DNA from: Naegleria gruberi | Lineage: Eukaryota | NCBI GenBank assembly: GCA_000004985.1 | Contig: GG738849.1 | DNA length: 64,000 nt | Reading direction: 5' to 3' (one strand) | Shown: positions 43,553 through 52,735 of the stretch, one piece after another | Numbering within the stretch: the stretch's first letter is position 1 | Layout of the letters: the number at the start of each line of letters is the position of its first letter | The notes under the pieces: model-generated | Told to the model about the DNA's origin: nothing | The model's input: the letters and a program-made list of their open reading frames with translations, nothing else | The model's database searches: none | Translations under genes and position numbers: made by a program

Positions 43553-43651
43553 TTAACTAGGAACACACCTAAAAACAATAAAATTTAAATTATATCAAAA
43601 TGAAATGTTACCGTTCGACCTATTCGTCCCATCAATCAACCTTCAAAAAAA

Positions 43652-45280
43652 ATGATACCCAACATTAATCATCATCAGCAGCAACACCAATTTAACAATA
43701 TCAAACAAAACATTTTAAAATGGGTAAATATAATGAAACCCTATATTATCAAATTTTGCGCGGCCATTGTAGTATTATTCTTTCTTTTAAAAGAATACTT
43801 TTTCAAACTCTTGTCAACATTTAACAAATCCAAATCATTGATATTTCTTCTCCTTTCACAAATTTTATTCTTACTATCATTTGTAATAATATTGAAAATA
43901 TTTCTATTTAAACCTCAATTTTCACCAATAACACACATTCCAACAGATGAATATTTTATTCATTTACGTAATGTTCCGATAGAAAAATGTCATGTGACAT
44001 TTCTATTGAGTGCAAAACCAAGATTAGGATTAATTGGAACTGAATTTGTTCATTTAGATTTTCTAATTGAAAATATTATGAAATTTAAACAACAAGTATT
44101 TAATCCTTGTATTCTAATTTATAATTCTAAAGGTAAAATTTATAAGGATCAAATTGAAAAGATTGTAAACAGATATCCAAGGCAATACATTTCAATAATT
44201 CATAATTCTTATAGTTTTAACATGTTTATGAATGCTAAAATTACACCAAAACAAAAATCTCAATCCAACTCTTTCTATGACATGGTTAAGAATGTGAATA
44301 ATCAAATATCTCTCATTTCTAAGGGTGGTAGCAGTAGCAGTGGTAGTGTTGGTTTGAATAGTGGTATTAATACAAAGAGTGGTATTCTAGATGCTAACAT
44401 ACCTGTAGTTCTCATGCAGGATGATTATGTTTTATGTGATTCATCCATTTCACATTTATCCTTGATATTTGAGAAGGCAACTCATTTGGAAGAACAGGGA
44501 AAGGATTGGGCTGGTTTTCGTTTTTCTTATGGAATGAGTGGAATAATGATGCAACAGAAGGATTTACCAAATTTAATTGAATATTTGGGAAGGAGAAGTG
44601 ATACCCGACATACCATTCAACACTTGTTGGATAATTTCTTTGATAATACTAAAAAGGCACACCAAGACTATTTCAAAGGACGTTATTTTTACACATACAG
44701 ATTCCAATTATTGAGACCAAATTATCATTTCAACTTGGAAAAGTCTCACTTCCCTCAATGTTTTGAACCTCAAACTCATTTGGTAATTGAATCATGTTCA
44801 CATTCTCTGTTTTTTCCTTGTGAGGGAAAGGAACAGCAAGCTATTGATTATTCAGCATCAACTTTATCTGGTAATTCCAATAGTGGTGGTTCAAGTGGTG
44901 GCAATTCATTCTCTCATGATGTTTTGCAATTGGCGGCATTTCCAGCTTCACATAAGCATTCTATTAGTGATTTTAAAAATGTTGAGAGTATTCCATGCGA
45001 AAAGGGAGAAAGTTGTAATGCATGCTGTAGAAAAGTGAATGCATTGTGTGATGCCAACTTTTTCAGTTATATCAATAGATGTGATGAAATGCAAAGATTT
45101 GCACCTAAATGTAATTGCAAATATCAGAGAGGATTAATTGTGGAAAGTGTAGCTCCATATTTTAATGACAATACCTGTGTATTAGGTTCAAGAGTTTCCA
45201 AATTTAATTGTCATAATTCTGATTCTACTGTAAAACGTTTATGCCCATGTACTGAGAAAATTATTGATAGAACTGATTAA
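43652..45280 (+). CDS. Type-II membrane protein with a Cys-rich C-terminus. Possibly a GT54 (MGAT4-like) glycosyltransferase. 542 aa, single exon.
   Basis: N-terminal signal-anchor (IIKFCAAIVVLFFLL…). Block …VVLMQDDYVLCDSS…GKDWAGFRFSYGMSGIMMQ resembles the DDD…W..L.FS.LGFIGK core of GnT-IV family enzymes. Assignment tentative. Confidence 0.45.
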   Translation: MIPNINHHQQQHQFNNIKQNILKWVNIMKPYIIKFCAAIVVLFFLLKEYFFKLLSTFNKSKSLIFLLLSQILFLLSFVIILKIFLFKPQFSPITHIPTDEYFIHLRNVPIEKCHVTFLLSAKPRLGLIGTEFVHLDFLIENIMKFKQQVFNPCILIYNSKGKIYKDQIEKIVNRYPRQYISIIHNSYSFNMFMNAKITPKQKSQSNSFYDMVKNVNNQISLISKGGSSSSGSVGLNSGINTKSGILDANIPVVLMQDDYVLCDSSISHLSLIFEKATHLEEQGKDWAGFRFSYGMSGIMMQQKDLPNLIEYLGRRSDTRHTIQHLLDNFFDNTKKAHQDYFKGRYFYTYRFQLLRPNYHFNLEKSHFPQCFEPQTHLVIESCSHSLFFPCEGKEQQAIDYSASTLSGNSNSGGSSGGNSFSHDVLQLAAFPASHKHSISDFKNVESIPCEKGESCNACCRKVNALCDANFFSYINRCDEMQRFAPKCNCKYQRGLIVESVAPYFNDNTCVLGSRVSKFNCHNSDSTVKRLCPCTEKIIDRTD

Positions 45281-45437
45281 ATTCTGTTAAATCTTACCAT
45301 GTTATTTTTACATTTTCAATTCATATAGAATTGCAAAGGGAATATCAAAATTTGAACAAGATATCCACCAGATTCAGATGATGTGAACTTGATCGTATAT
45401 TAGGCATCAGTAGACAATAATCCTCAAATATAAAAAA

Positions 45438-47349
45438 ATGAAAAAGTCACCAGCTATTGCCGAAGCGAAAGCACCAAGTCCCTATCTAACAACACCGTAT
45501 AAGGCACCTGCAACAACTAAAAAGACTGCAACCTCTTCATCATCACCTATTCCAACAACAACTAATGGTAGCAAACAATCTAAATCACCAGTTAAAACTA
45601 AGCAGAATCAACAACCAGAAAATAATGGCGTTAGTGCTCAGTTAAGCGAAAAGAAAGCTTCACCCTTAATTTCCAAAACGGCAAGCAATTCTACCCCAAA
45701 GAAGACAGCCACCACCACCACAACAGATAATCCCAATACTCCTACAAAGCAAAATAGCTCTCCAAATCACACTTCTCCTTCATCTATTGAAAAATCCAAA
45801 GGAAAGGAATCATCAACTCCAACTAAGACTACATCAACAAAAACTGCCACCTCTAAAACGACACCAACCTCTACAGGGAAATCTACTACTACCGTAACTA
45901 AATCTTCAGCAATTATCAAGTCTTCCTCCACCAAGTCCTCATCGAATAAGAATGCAGTTTTTAAGAAAATACCCTCAGATGTTGTTCTCATTATCTTGGA
46001 TTATTATGGAGGAATTTTCAAAAAGTCTACTATTACCGAAAAGGATGGCAAGATTGAGTATTCTTCTTTCATCAAAAAGTTTTATGGGCGATTTAGTGTT
46101 GATAAATCGGTGAAGTTCATGTTTAGATTCATTGAGGGGGATCATCAAGCTATCAACAATATGAAGGAAAGTATTGAACTAGTTAGATTGGCATTTGTAG
46201 GCTCCTCAAAAGTAAGAATTGCTGGCTCTGTGGCTGATTATCTTCTTAATTGTCCCAACAAGGCAGATCCCAGTTTAGCAATGCGAAAACTTGAACTATT
46301 TGCTTCATCACTTGGTGATGATTGTAAAAAAGTTAGTGAAGTGGATTTTGTTGGAAGAGAAACATTTTCAGAGTTGTGTTCTCTATTTTTCAAAACATTT
46401 ACAAATTTGGAAATCATAAAAGGTGGAAGACATATGAGAAAGAGAAGGGATAACGACTATGATACCAGATTTCATGCATTTGATACCTCCATGGCTAGTG
46501 CTCTGGAGGTTACAGGTCCAAATGTAAAGGAAATTAAATGGTTAGGCTCTACACTGCCAAAAAACCTGGCCTCCTTCACACCTAACTTGGAAACGATTCA
46601 CATTGGTAAGTTATTTTAACTTGGAATTATTCTCATTCTAAATATCAATATCAGCATGCCCTCAATCAATAATCGCTCACGCAGACCTATTGTGTGAATG
46701 GAAGAATCTCAAATCAATTTCCCACATCAAGCATGAAGTTTATGTTGACTATAATCCACCTCCAGTAAATGTAACTGAATATAATAGAGTTTTTACAACG
46801 TTTAGCAATATGGGGAGTTTACAAGAGTTGGTAATTGGGGAAGACAATAGAATTCCTCTCGATTGTTTCAGACTTTTAGAGAATAATCAGACGTTAACCA
46901 AGTTGAACCTAGATTTTTGTTTTCTGGGTAATGACTTTATGAAGATTATAGGAACCATGACAAATCTCAAACATTTCAGTGCAAGTGGTGGATCAATGAC
47001 ATCGTCATCTCTACAAAATCTACTGTCCATTAAACAATTGCAAGAATTAAAATTGGATCAGTGTGATAAAATAACAGAAGTTGGGTGTGAGACATTATGC
47101 AAGTTAACAACTCTGAGGTTATTGGAATTCCCTAATACTAATCTAAGAGATAAGGGTGCATGCATGTTGGTGTCCCTGAAAAATCTGAGGCACTTGGATC
47201 TTTCATGTTCTCTAATAACTAATACTGCAGTGGAAACCATTGTAAAGGGTTGCAGGAGGCTCACTTATCTAAATGTAACCAGTTGTAAATATGTATTCAT
47301 GGATAAATTCAAAGAGGATGTAAAGAAAAAGATTAAAAAATTCCACTGA
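45438..47349 (+). CDS. F-box / leucine-rich-repeat protein with a Thr/Ser-rich N-terminal region. Two exons: 45438..46605, 46685..47349.
   Basis: F-box-like IPSDVVLIILDYY. After a 79-nt intron (GTAAGT…GCAG), C-terminal FBXL-type LRRs (…LKLDQCDKITEVGCETLCKLTTLRLLEF…LRHLDLSCSLITNTAVETIVKGCRRLTYLNVTSCKY…). Confidence 0.7.
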
Positions 47350-47365
47350 ACTATTCTACAATCTT

Positions 47366-48919
47366 TCATTCCTCATCATCAGAGCTACTGTCCGACATTT
47401 CAATTTCTACAAATTTTCTCTTCTTTACATCTTTGTTAGTGGCATTTTCGATAGTGTTCATAACAGCCTTTTGAGCTAGAGCATTAATGTGACGATCTGT
47501 GAAGTCTTTAACCTTATTATTTGCCAATAAATCTTCCTTGATTTGCTTTGAACGAGCTGCCACAAACATTTGAGCACTTCTAGAGTTTCCAGAAAGGTAG
47601 TTTGCCATCTTTGGGGTGATACCACTGAAATTTTGGGCCTCTTGTTTCTTTTTCTTTTTTGTGGCCAATTCTTTTGGTTTTTCATCGGAGCTGGTCTTTC
47701 TAATCTTCTTAACATTAGCACCAGGATCTATAAAAAGGGTAACACCTGTGTAATTGTATACAGTAGGCTTGTCAAATGAGATGGATGACCTTTCAACAAG
47801 ATTGGCCCCATTGCATTCCACTCTACTATCTTGCACTTCTCTACTCTTCTTGTTAAAGTGGTAGTTACAATATCTGCTTACTGCCTTGTTGATAGGACAA
47901 GTACAAAATGTTAGTGGCTTATCCTTGTTTTGTGAGCTAGTTGTTGTGGTAGTTTGATTTTCGTCTTGCAGTTTTTGTTTCTTCTTCTCATTGAGCATAT
48001 TGAAAAGTTTAAGATTGTTTCCGGTATATTTGTTAAAGTCAACTGGTACATAGGTGCATGTCCCAAAATGTACAGCCTTACCAATAACTTTGAGAGAAAT
48101 ATTTCTATTTTCTCCAATCATGGATAACGAGCTGAATTGTTGTTTAGTACTATTCTCGGTGTCAGTTTCCTTCTTGTTAATTTGTAGAATGGTAGGATTG
48201 GCACTAATGACAATATCACCTGGAACAAGTTCTTGATTTGATTCCAACTTTTCCATTTCCTTCTTTCCAATACCTTTTATACTCAAGAGTGGCAATAGTA
48301 ATACCACAAACATTTCATTCAAAGTATCGGATACTCTCCAAACTTCAAACTCAATACCCTTTGCATTGCAAGTGAGATTGGGTAATTGTTCCATTAGTGT
48401 GAAAATTGTGCACCAGTTAGTGTACAAGTTATAGGTTTCATATTTTGACTGACGAACACAATCCTTGTATAATGTTTCAAGTTTTACAAATTGATAGGGG
48501 TTTGAACATTCTTTCACCTGTTGATTAGAAATCTTTCTTTGAGATATTTCCAATTTGGTAAAGTCCTCAATATTTTCCTTGCCAGTTGCTTCCAATCTTT
48601 TGGCTTCACATTTGAGTGAGAAAATCTTTGTGACCTTCTTTTGATGATCAGTTTTATCTTGTGAAAAGGTAGAAATAGTGGTTGGCTTGTTAGGAACGCT
48701 ATGTATCGGATTGTCACTATTACTTGTCGAACTAGTTATTTGCTCAGCCAATTGTCTGCTCTTTTTTAATTCTTTTGCTTGAACTTTTTTTTGCCTTTCT
48801 GCGATGGCTTCCTTCGGATCTTTGAAAGCTTGTCCAATCTCTACATTCGGAGTGAGAGCAAGACTTGGTTTGATAGAATTTGATCCTTTCTTTGTGAAGG
48901 GATGTTGATGATGGAACAT
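47366..48919 (-). CDS. Mcm10-like DNA replication factor (OB-fold plus CCCH zinc finger), 518 aa from the first ATG, single exon.
   Basis: First in-frame ATG at 48919 (the ORF-track start at 48961 is TTG). Candidate OB-fold (…VVLLLPLLSIKGIG…PGDIVISANPTIL…) followed by C-x(n)-C-x(n)-C-x2-H (…GTCTYV…FCTCPINKAVSRYCNYHFNK). Basic C-terminus. Assignment from memory of the Mcm10 internal domain. Confidence 0.4.
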   Translation of the reverse strand: MFHHQHPFTKKGSNSIKPSLALTPNVEIGQAFKDPKEAIAERQKKVQAKELKKSRQLAEQITSSTSNSDNPIHSVPNKPTTISTFSQDKTDHQKKVTKIFSLKCEAKRLEATGKENIEDFTKLEISQRKISNQQVKECSNPYQFVKLETLYKDCVRQSKYETYNLYTNWCTIFTLMEQLPNLTCNAKGIEFEVWRVSDTLNEMFVVLLLPLLSIKGIGKKEMEKLESNQELVPGDIVISANPTILQINKKETDTENSTKQQFSSLSMIGENRNISLKVIGKAVHFGTCTYVPVDFNKYTGNNLKLFNMLNEKKKQKLQDENQTTTTTSSQNKDKPLTFCTCPINKAVSRYCNYHFNKKSREVQDSRVECNGANLVERSSISFDKPTVYNYTGVTLFIDPGANVKKIRKTSSDEKPKELATKKKKKQEAQNFSGITPKMANYLSGNSRSAQMFVAARSKQIKEDLLANNKVKDFTDRHINALAQKAVMNTIENATNKDVKKRKFVEIEMSDSSSDDEE

Positions 48920-49089
48920 TTTTTTGAATAATTTTTTTGAAGATTCTATTGGCGCCAACAATGCATAACGGTTTTAGTAGACTTGAAATTGTTATTACAG
49001 ACTGCAGCAACAGAAATTTTGCAAATACTAAATAAATTGCACAGTGCAATTTTGAATTTCATTTCAATAATAATTATTATTATTAAAAA

Positions 49090-50457
49090 ATGCCAAGATA
49101 CCTTGTTCGTTTCTTTAATGACTATGCTGCTTTCCGATTGCCAGACTTGGAGTGTTCTGCACACTCCTTTTCGATACCATTGAGTCATTGTGGAAAATTG
49201 GAAGATGATGAAGTTTTTTATTTTGTTGATTATCCTTCGGAAGAGGATGCCAAGAAGGCAGTTTCAAGATCTGTGCTGATACAAGGTATTTATGAAGTGT
49301 GGGGAAGTGGTAGTTCTGCTGAGGAATGTATTGATCAAACAGGAAAATATTGTACTGAGAATGCCCAACATGTGTCTTCTATTTTACATGATTCATCGTC
49401 ATATTGTATCACTGTTGAAAATTATGGTTGTAGATGGACTAAAAAACAAAAAATTGATTTGATGAAAAGTTTTAATACGATACCTTGGAAAGGAAGGGTT
49501 AATTTGGAAACGCCTGACACAGACTTTTTCATTTTCCAAGATTTTAGAAACTCTAGTATTCCTGGATTTAAAAAGGAGGGCAATGAGCAAGAAACTCTAG
49601 TTTTAAAGCAAGTTTACTTTACTAGAAAGCTAGGTGAAGGTTCTAGACATTTAATTACAGATTATGACTTGAAGAAGAGAAAGTATATTGGTACAACAAG
49701 TATGTGTGCCACACTGTCATTCCTCAGTGCTAATTGTGCACTTGCCAATAGAAAATCTCTTATTTATGATCCTTTTGTTGGAACAGGTTCTCTGATTGTT
49801 TCAATTGCACACTATGGAGCTCATGTCATTGGTTCTGATTTGGACATTCGTGTGGTTAGAGGAAAGAATTTCCGTCAAAAGGGTAATATTGAAAGTGAAA
49901 CAAATATTCAATCCAATTTTGATGATTATGGATTAACTAACAAGGCTGGTCTTGAATTGTTGAGAGTTGACTTATCACAAAGCCATGTTTGGAAACCTCA
50001 AAACAAATCTCATGCCCCAAAGCCAATATTCGATGCTATTGTTTGTGATCCTCCTTATGGAAATAGAGAAGGGCCAAGAAAGATTGGTAGAAATAAGCCA
50101 TTGGCTGAGGATAGTTTGGCAAGAGTTAAAGAAAATTATATTGCTGGAACAGTTCCATATGATGTCAAGGAAATGTATGATGACTTGTTAGAATTTGCTG
50201 CTAGATCCATTGTTACTAAGGGAAGAATTGTCATGTGGTTCTTTGTCAATAATGATGAATATTGCGAGGAAATTCTGCCATCTCACAGATGCTTTAAACT
50301 TCTCTACAATAGTATTGATCCTCTCACAAAGAAGTATCACAGAAGATTATTAACATTTGAAAAGTTTTGTGACTATTTTGAACCTCCAACCGCGAGCAAT
50401 AAGCATGATTTAAGTGATGTTGCTGAATCAGAAAATAAGAGAATCAAACAAGAATAA
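49090..50457 (+). CDS. tRNA (guanine10-N2)-methyltransferase TRMT11/Trm11, 455 aa, single exon.
   Basis: Collinear with TRMT11: …FRLPDLE…, THUMP-like middle, …KRKYIGTTSMCATLSFLSANCALANRKSLIYDPFVGTGSLIVSIAHYGAHVIGSDLD…ICDPPYG (SAM-MTase motifs I and IV). Confidence 0.85.
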   Translation: MPRYLVRFFNDYAAFRLPDLECSAHSFSIPLSHCGKLEDDEVFYFVDYPSEEDAKKAVSRSVLIQGIYEVWGSGSSAEECIDQTGKYCTENAQHVSSILHDSSSYCITVENYGCRWTKKQKIDLMKSFNTIPWKGRVNLETPDTDFFIFQDFRNSSIPGFKKEGNEQETLVLKQVYFTRKLGEGSRHLITDYDLKKRKYIGTTSMCATLSFLSANCALANRKSLIYDPFVGTGSLIVSIAHYGAHVIGSDLDIRVVRGKNFRQKGNIESETNIQSNFDDYGLTNKAGLELLRVDLSQSHVWKPQNKSHAPKPIFDAIVCDPPYGNREGPRKIGRNKPLAEDSLARVKENYIAGTVPYDVKEMYDDLLEFAARSIVTKGRIVMWFFVNNDEYCEEILPSHRCFKLLYNSIDPLTKKYHRRLLTFEKFCDYFEPPTASNKHDLSDVAESENKRIKQE

Positions 50458-50560
50458 ATTACACTATTTCACTTCTACAAATTAGACCAATATTGTATTT
50501 CGTAATTATGAGGTGTGCTGATTAGAATTGAAAATTCAAAACATTTTAAAGAAGAAAAAA

Positions 50561-52735
50561 ATGTCTGCACTTGATAGGTTCACCTCTCCAAGTACTGCAA
50601 CGAGATTCGAATTTGATGCCTATTATCATGCTAAAAGTTTTCTCTCCTCACCATTTACTCTGTTCCTTAAAAATAGATCTTGCTCGTATTATCATCCCGA
50701 AATTAATTGCACAGAGCTGAATAAGATCTTATCCTTTGGCAGTAATCATGCCAAGTTTGGCCAATGGATAACATGGAAAGATTTAAAGCTTAAAACTAGT
50801 CATTGTGAGGAGGAGATTTTACTTGTTGATTATTTTGCAAATAATTTAACATTACCAACTGCTGTTGTGGATAGTAATGTAACAGAGATCATGGTTCAAC
50901 ACTTGAAGGAGTTGGATGGTGCAGTTCTTGTTTGTGAATTTAGCGTTGAGAAGACTGATGCAGAGTTTGATGTATGCTTGTCATTCTTTCAAGTAGATGC
51001 CACAATATTGAAACGTATCAGCTCTTCATTCCAAATAGTTCAAGATCTGTTCAAATATGAAGAGTACGGTAGATGTGGACTTATTTTTGAGCTATTGGAT
51101 GAGTATTTTGTAGATGTACTTTTTTCTATTGATGGAATTGAGTGGAATATCATTAACAGAGGAAGTGACTGGAAATTAATTCAAAAAGATCCAAGCCAAT
51201 ACATTTTTGTGACTCCAAAGTTAGAAAGTGAAAGGGAGTACTTTTTCAAACTTGTGGTCATTTCAAAGAGAAATACGTGGATATATCATGACTTGGGTCA
51301 ATTATATCCAGAATCAGTACTTTCTTCAGGTCTGTTGCCCTCATTGGTCAATGAAAATGTAAAACATATTGTTGATGGTTGTGTCCTTGCTTCAACTCAT
51401 CCAAACATGTTCCACCTTAAATTTGATAATTATCCACTCTTTCACCTAGGTTGCTCAATTGTAAAATCCCCAGCGTTCCATAATGAATTGAATTCAGCGT
51501 TGCAAGTTGTAGTAGAAGCAAGTGCTATTAAGAAATATGAAGAACCATTGTGGAAAGAAATAACTCCAGTTGGGCATGAACTAAACTCTGAACAATTGAA
51601 ATCATCAGCTATAGATACAAAAGCAAGTTACAAAGCACGATTGTTTATTGCTTGTAAGTTTGATCGTTTCAGAATTGGAAATATTACACCAAAAAGCAAC
51701 CCAGTGACCATTCCGAGTTCATTAATGATGTGGAATGAGATACCACATGTAGGCGAACTCTCTATGGTTCATGATACATTCCTTAAATTAACTTCAAAGA
51801 CACCAATATTTTTCGTCTTCCTTCCACAAGATGCCTATTCCAAGTTATACAATTTTACAATTCAAGCAAGGTTAAAAAGGTCAAATAATGAATCAGATTG
51901 GGTCACTTTAGATACTGAACCTGCAGTTACTGGATTCCATTTAAAAATGCAAGGCAATGTTGTAAAATGCTCAGCTAAATCCCATCAATTATTAGAGTAT
52001 GGAAAAATATACTCTGTTAGAATAATGGCAAGCTATAACAATTGCAGACCTATTATTGTAAAGGAATTTTCAAAGACCATTCCCAAGTTTAATTATATTC
52101 CTAATCTCACAACTGATATTTTGGAAAGAAACGGAGGAATGTTGATTTTCAATACTGAAAGTTATTATATTTATTTAATGTTGGATGGCACTATTATAAT
52201 AGTTGATCCAACTGTAAAATATCAGTGGAATGATACTAGAATGTTTGTTGGAACCTTTAGATTTTGTGATTTGTTGGATGAAAATGTAATGAGACCATTC
52301 TTCCTCCAATCATTTGCTACTATTAATGATGAAATGGTGGATGAAGTAATTGACACATCAAAATGGCAATTGATTACTCGTGTGGAAGCAACAATTGACC
52401 ATCATCCAACCCACAATCTTAGACTTCCAAAAGAAACTTTTAATTATTACTTTGATATTATTTTCGATCACGAATTGAAGAAATACCAACTCGTAGATAA
52501 ATCCGAGCTCTTTGGTGATGTACATCGAGTAGTTAGTGTCAAATGGAGAAATGAAGAGCTTTCCAATGCCATTATAATGGATTATTACTCTCATTCTAGT
52601 CAATTAGATCAACGGAGAATATGTGGGGTCAATCACGAGAATGAATATCCTCAAAGAGCAATTCAATGGTATTCTGATTTTTATATACAAAATAGAATAC
52701 AATTTAGTGATATGACTTTTGATTTTACAAATTAG
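50561..52735 (+). CDS. Hypothetical protein, ~724 aa from the first ATG, single exon. No recognised domain (orphan).
   Basis: First ATG at 50561 (MSALDR…). The ORF-track start at 50528 is TTG. Continuous ORF, not low-complexity. Its 3' end overlaps the convergent 52725..55393 gene by ~11 nt. Confidence 0.5.
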   Translation: MSALDRFTSPSTATRFEFDAYYHAKSFLSSPFTLFLKNRSCSYYHPEINCTELNKILSFGSNHAKFGQWITWKDLKLKTSHCEEEILLVDYFANNLTLPTAVVDSNVTEIMVQHLKELDGAVLVCEFSVEKTDAEFDVCLSFFQVDATILKRISSSFQIVQDLFKYEEYGRCGLIFELLDEYFVDVLFSIDGIEWNIINRGSDWKLIQKDPSQYIFVTPKLESEREYFFKLVVISKRNTWIYHDLGQLYPESVLSSGLLPSLVNENVKHIVDGCVLASTHPNMFHLKFDNYPLFHLGCSIVKSPAFHNELNSALQVVVEASAIKKYEEPLWKEITPVGHELNSEQLKSSAIDTKASYKARLFIACKFDRFRIGNITPKSNPVTIPSSLMMWNEIPHVGELSMVHDTFLKLTSKTPIFFVFLPQDAYSKLYNFTIQARLKRSNNESDWVTLDTEPAVTGFHLKMQGNVVKCSAKSHQLLEYGKIYSVRIMASYNNCRPIIVKEFSKTIPKFNYIPNLTTDILERNGGMLIFNTESYYIYLMLDGTIIIVDPTVKYQWNDTRMFVGTFRFCDLLDENVMRPFFLQSFATINDEMVDEVIDTSKWQLITRVEATIDHHPTHNLRLPKETFNYYFDIIFDHELKKYQLVDKSELFGDVHRVVSVKWRNEELSNAIIMDYYSHSSQLDQRRICGVNHENEYPQRAIQWYSDFYIQNRIQFSDMTFDFTN

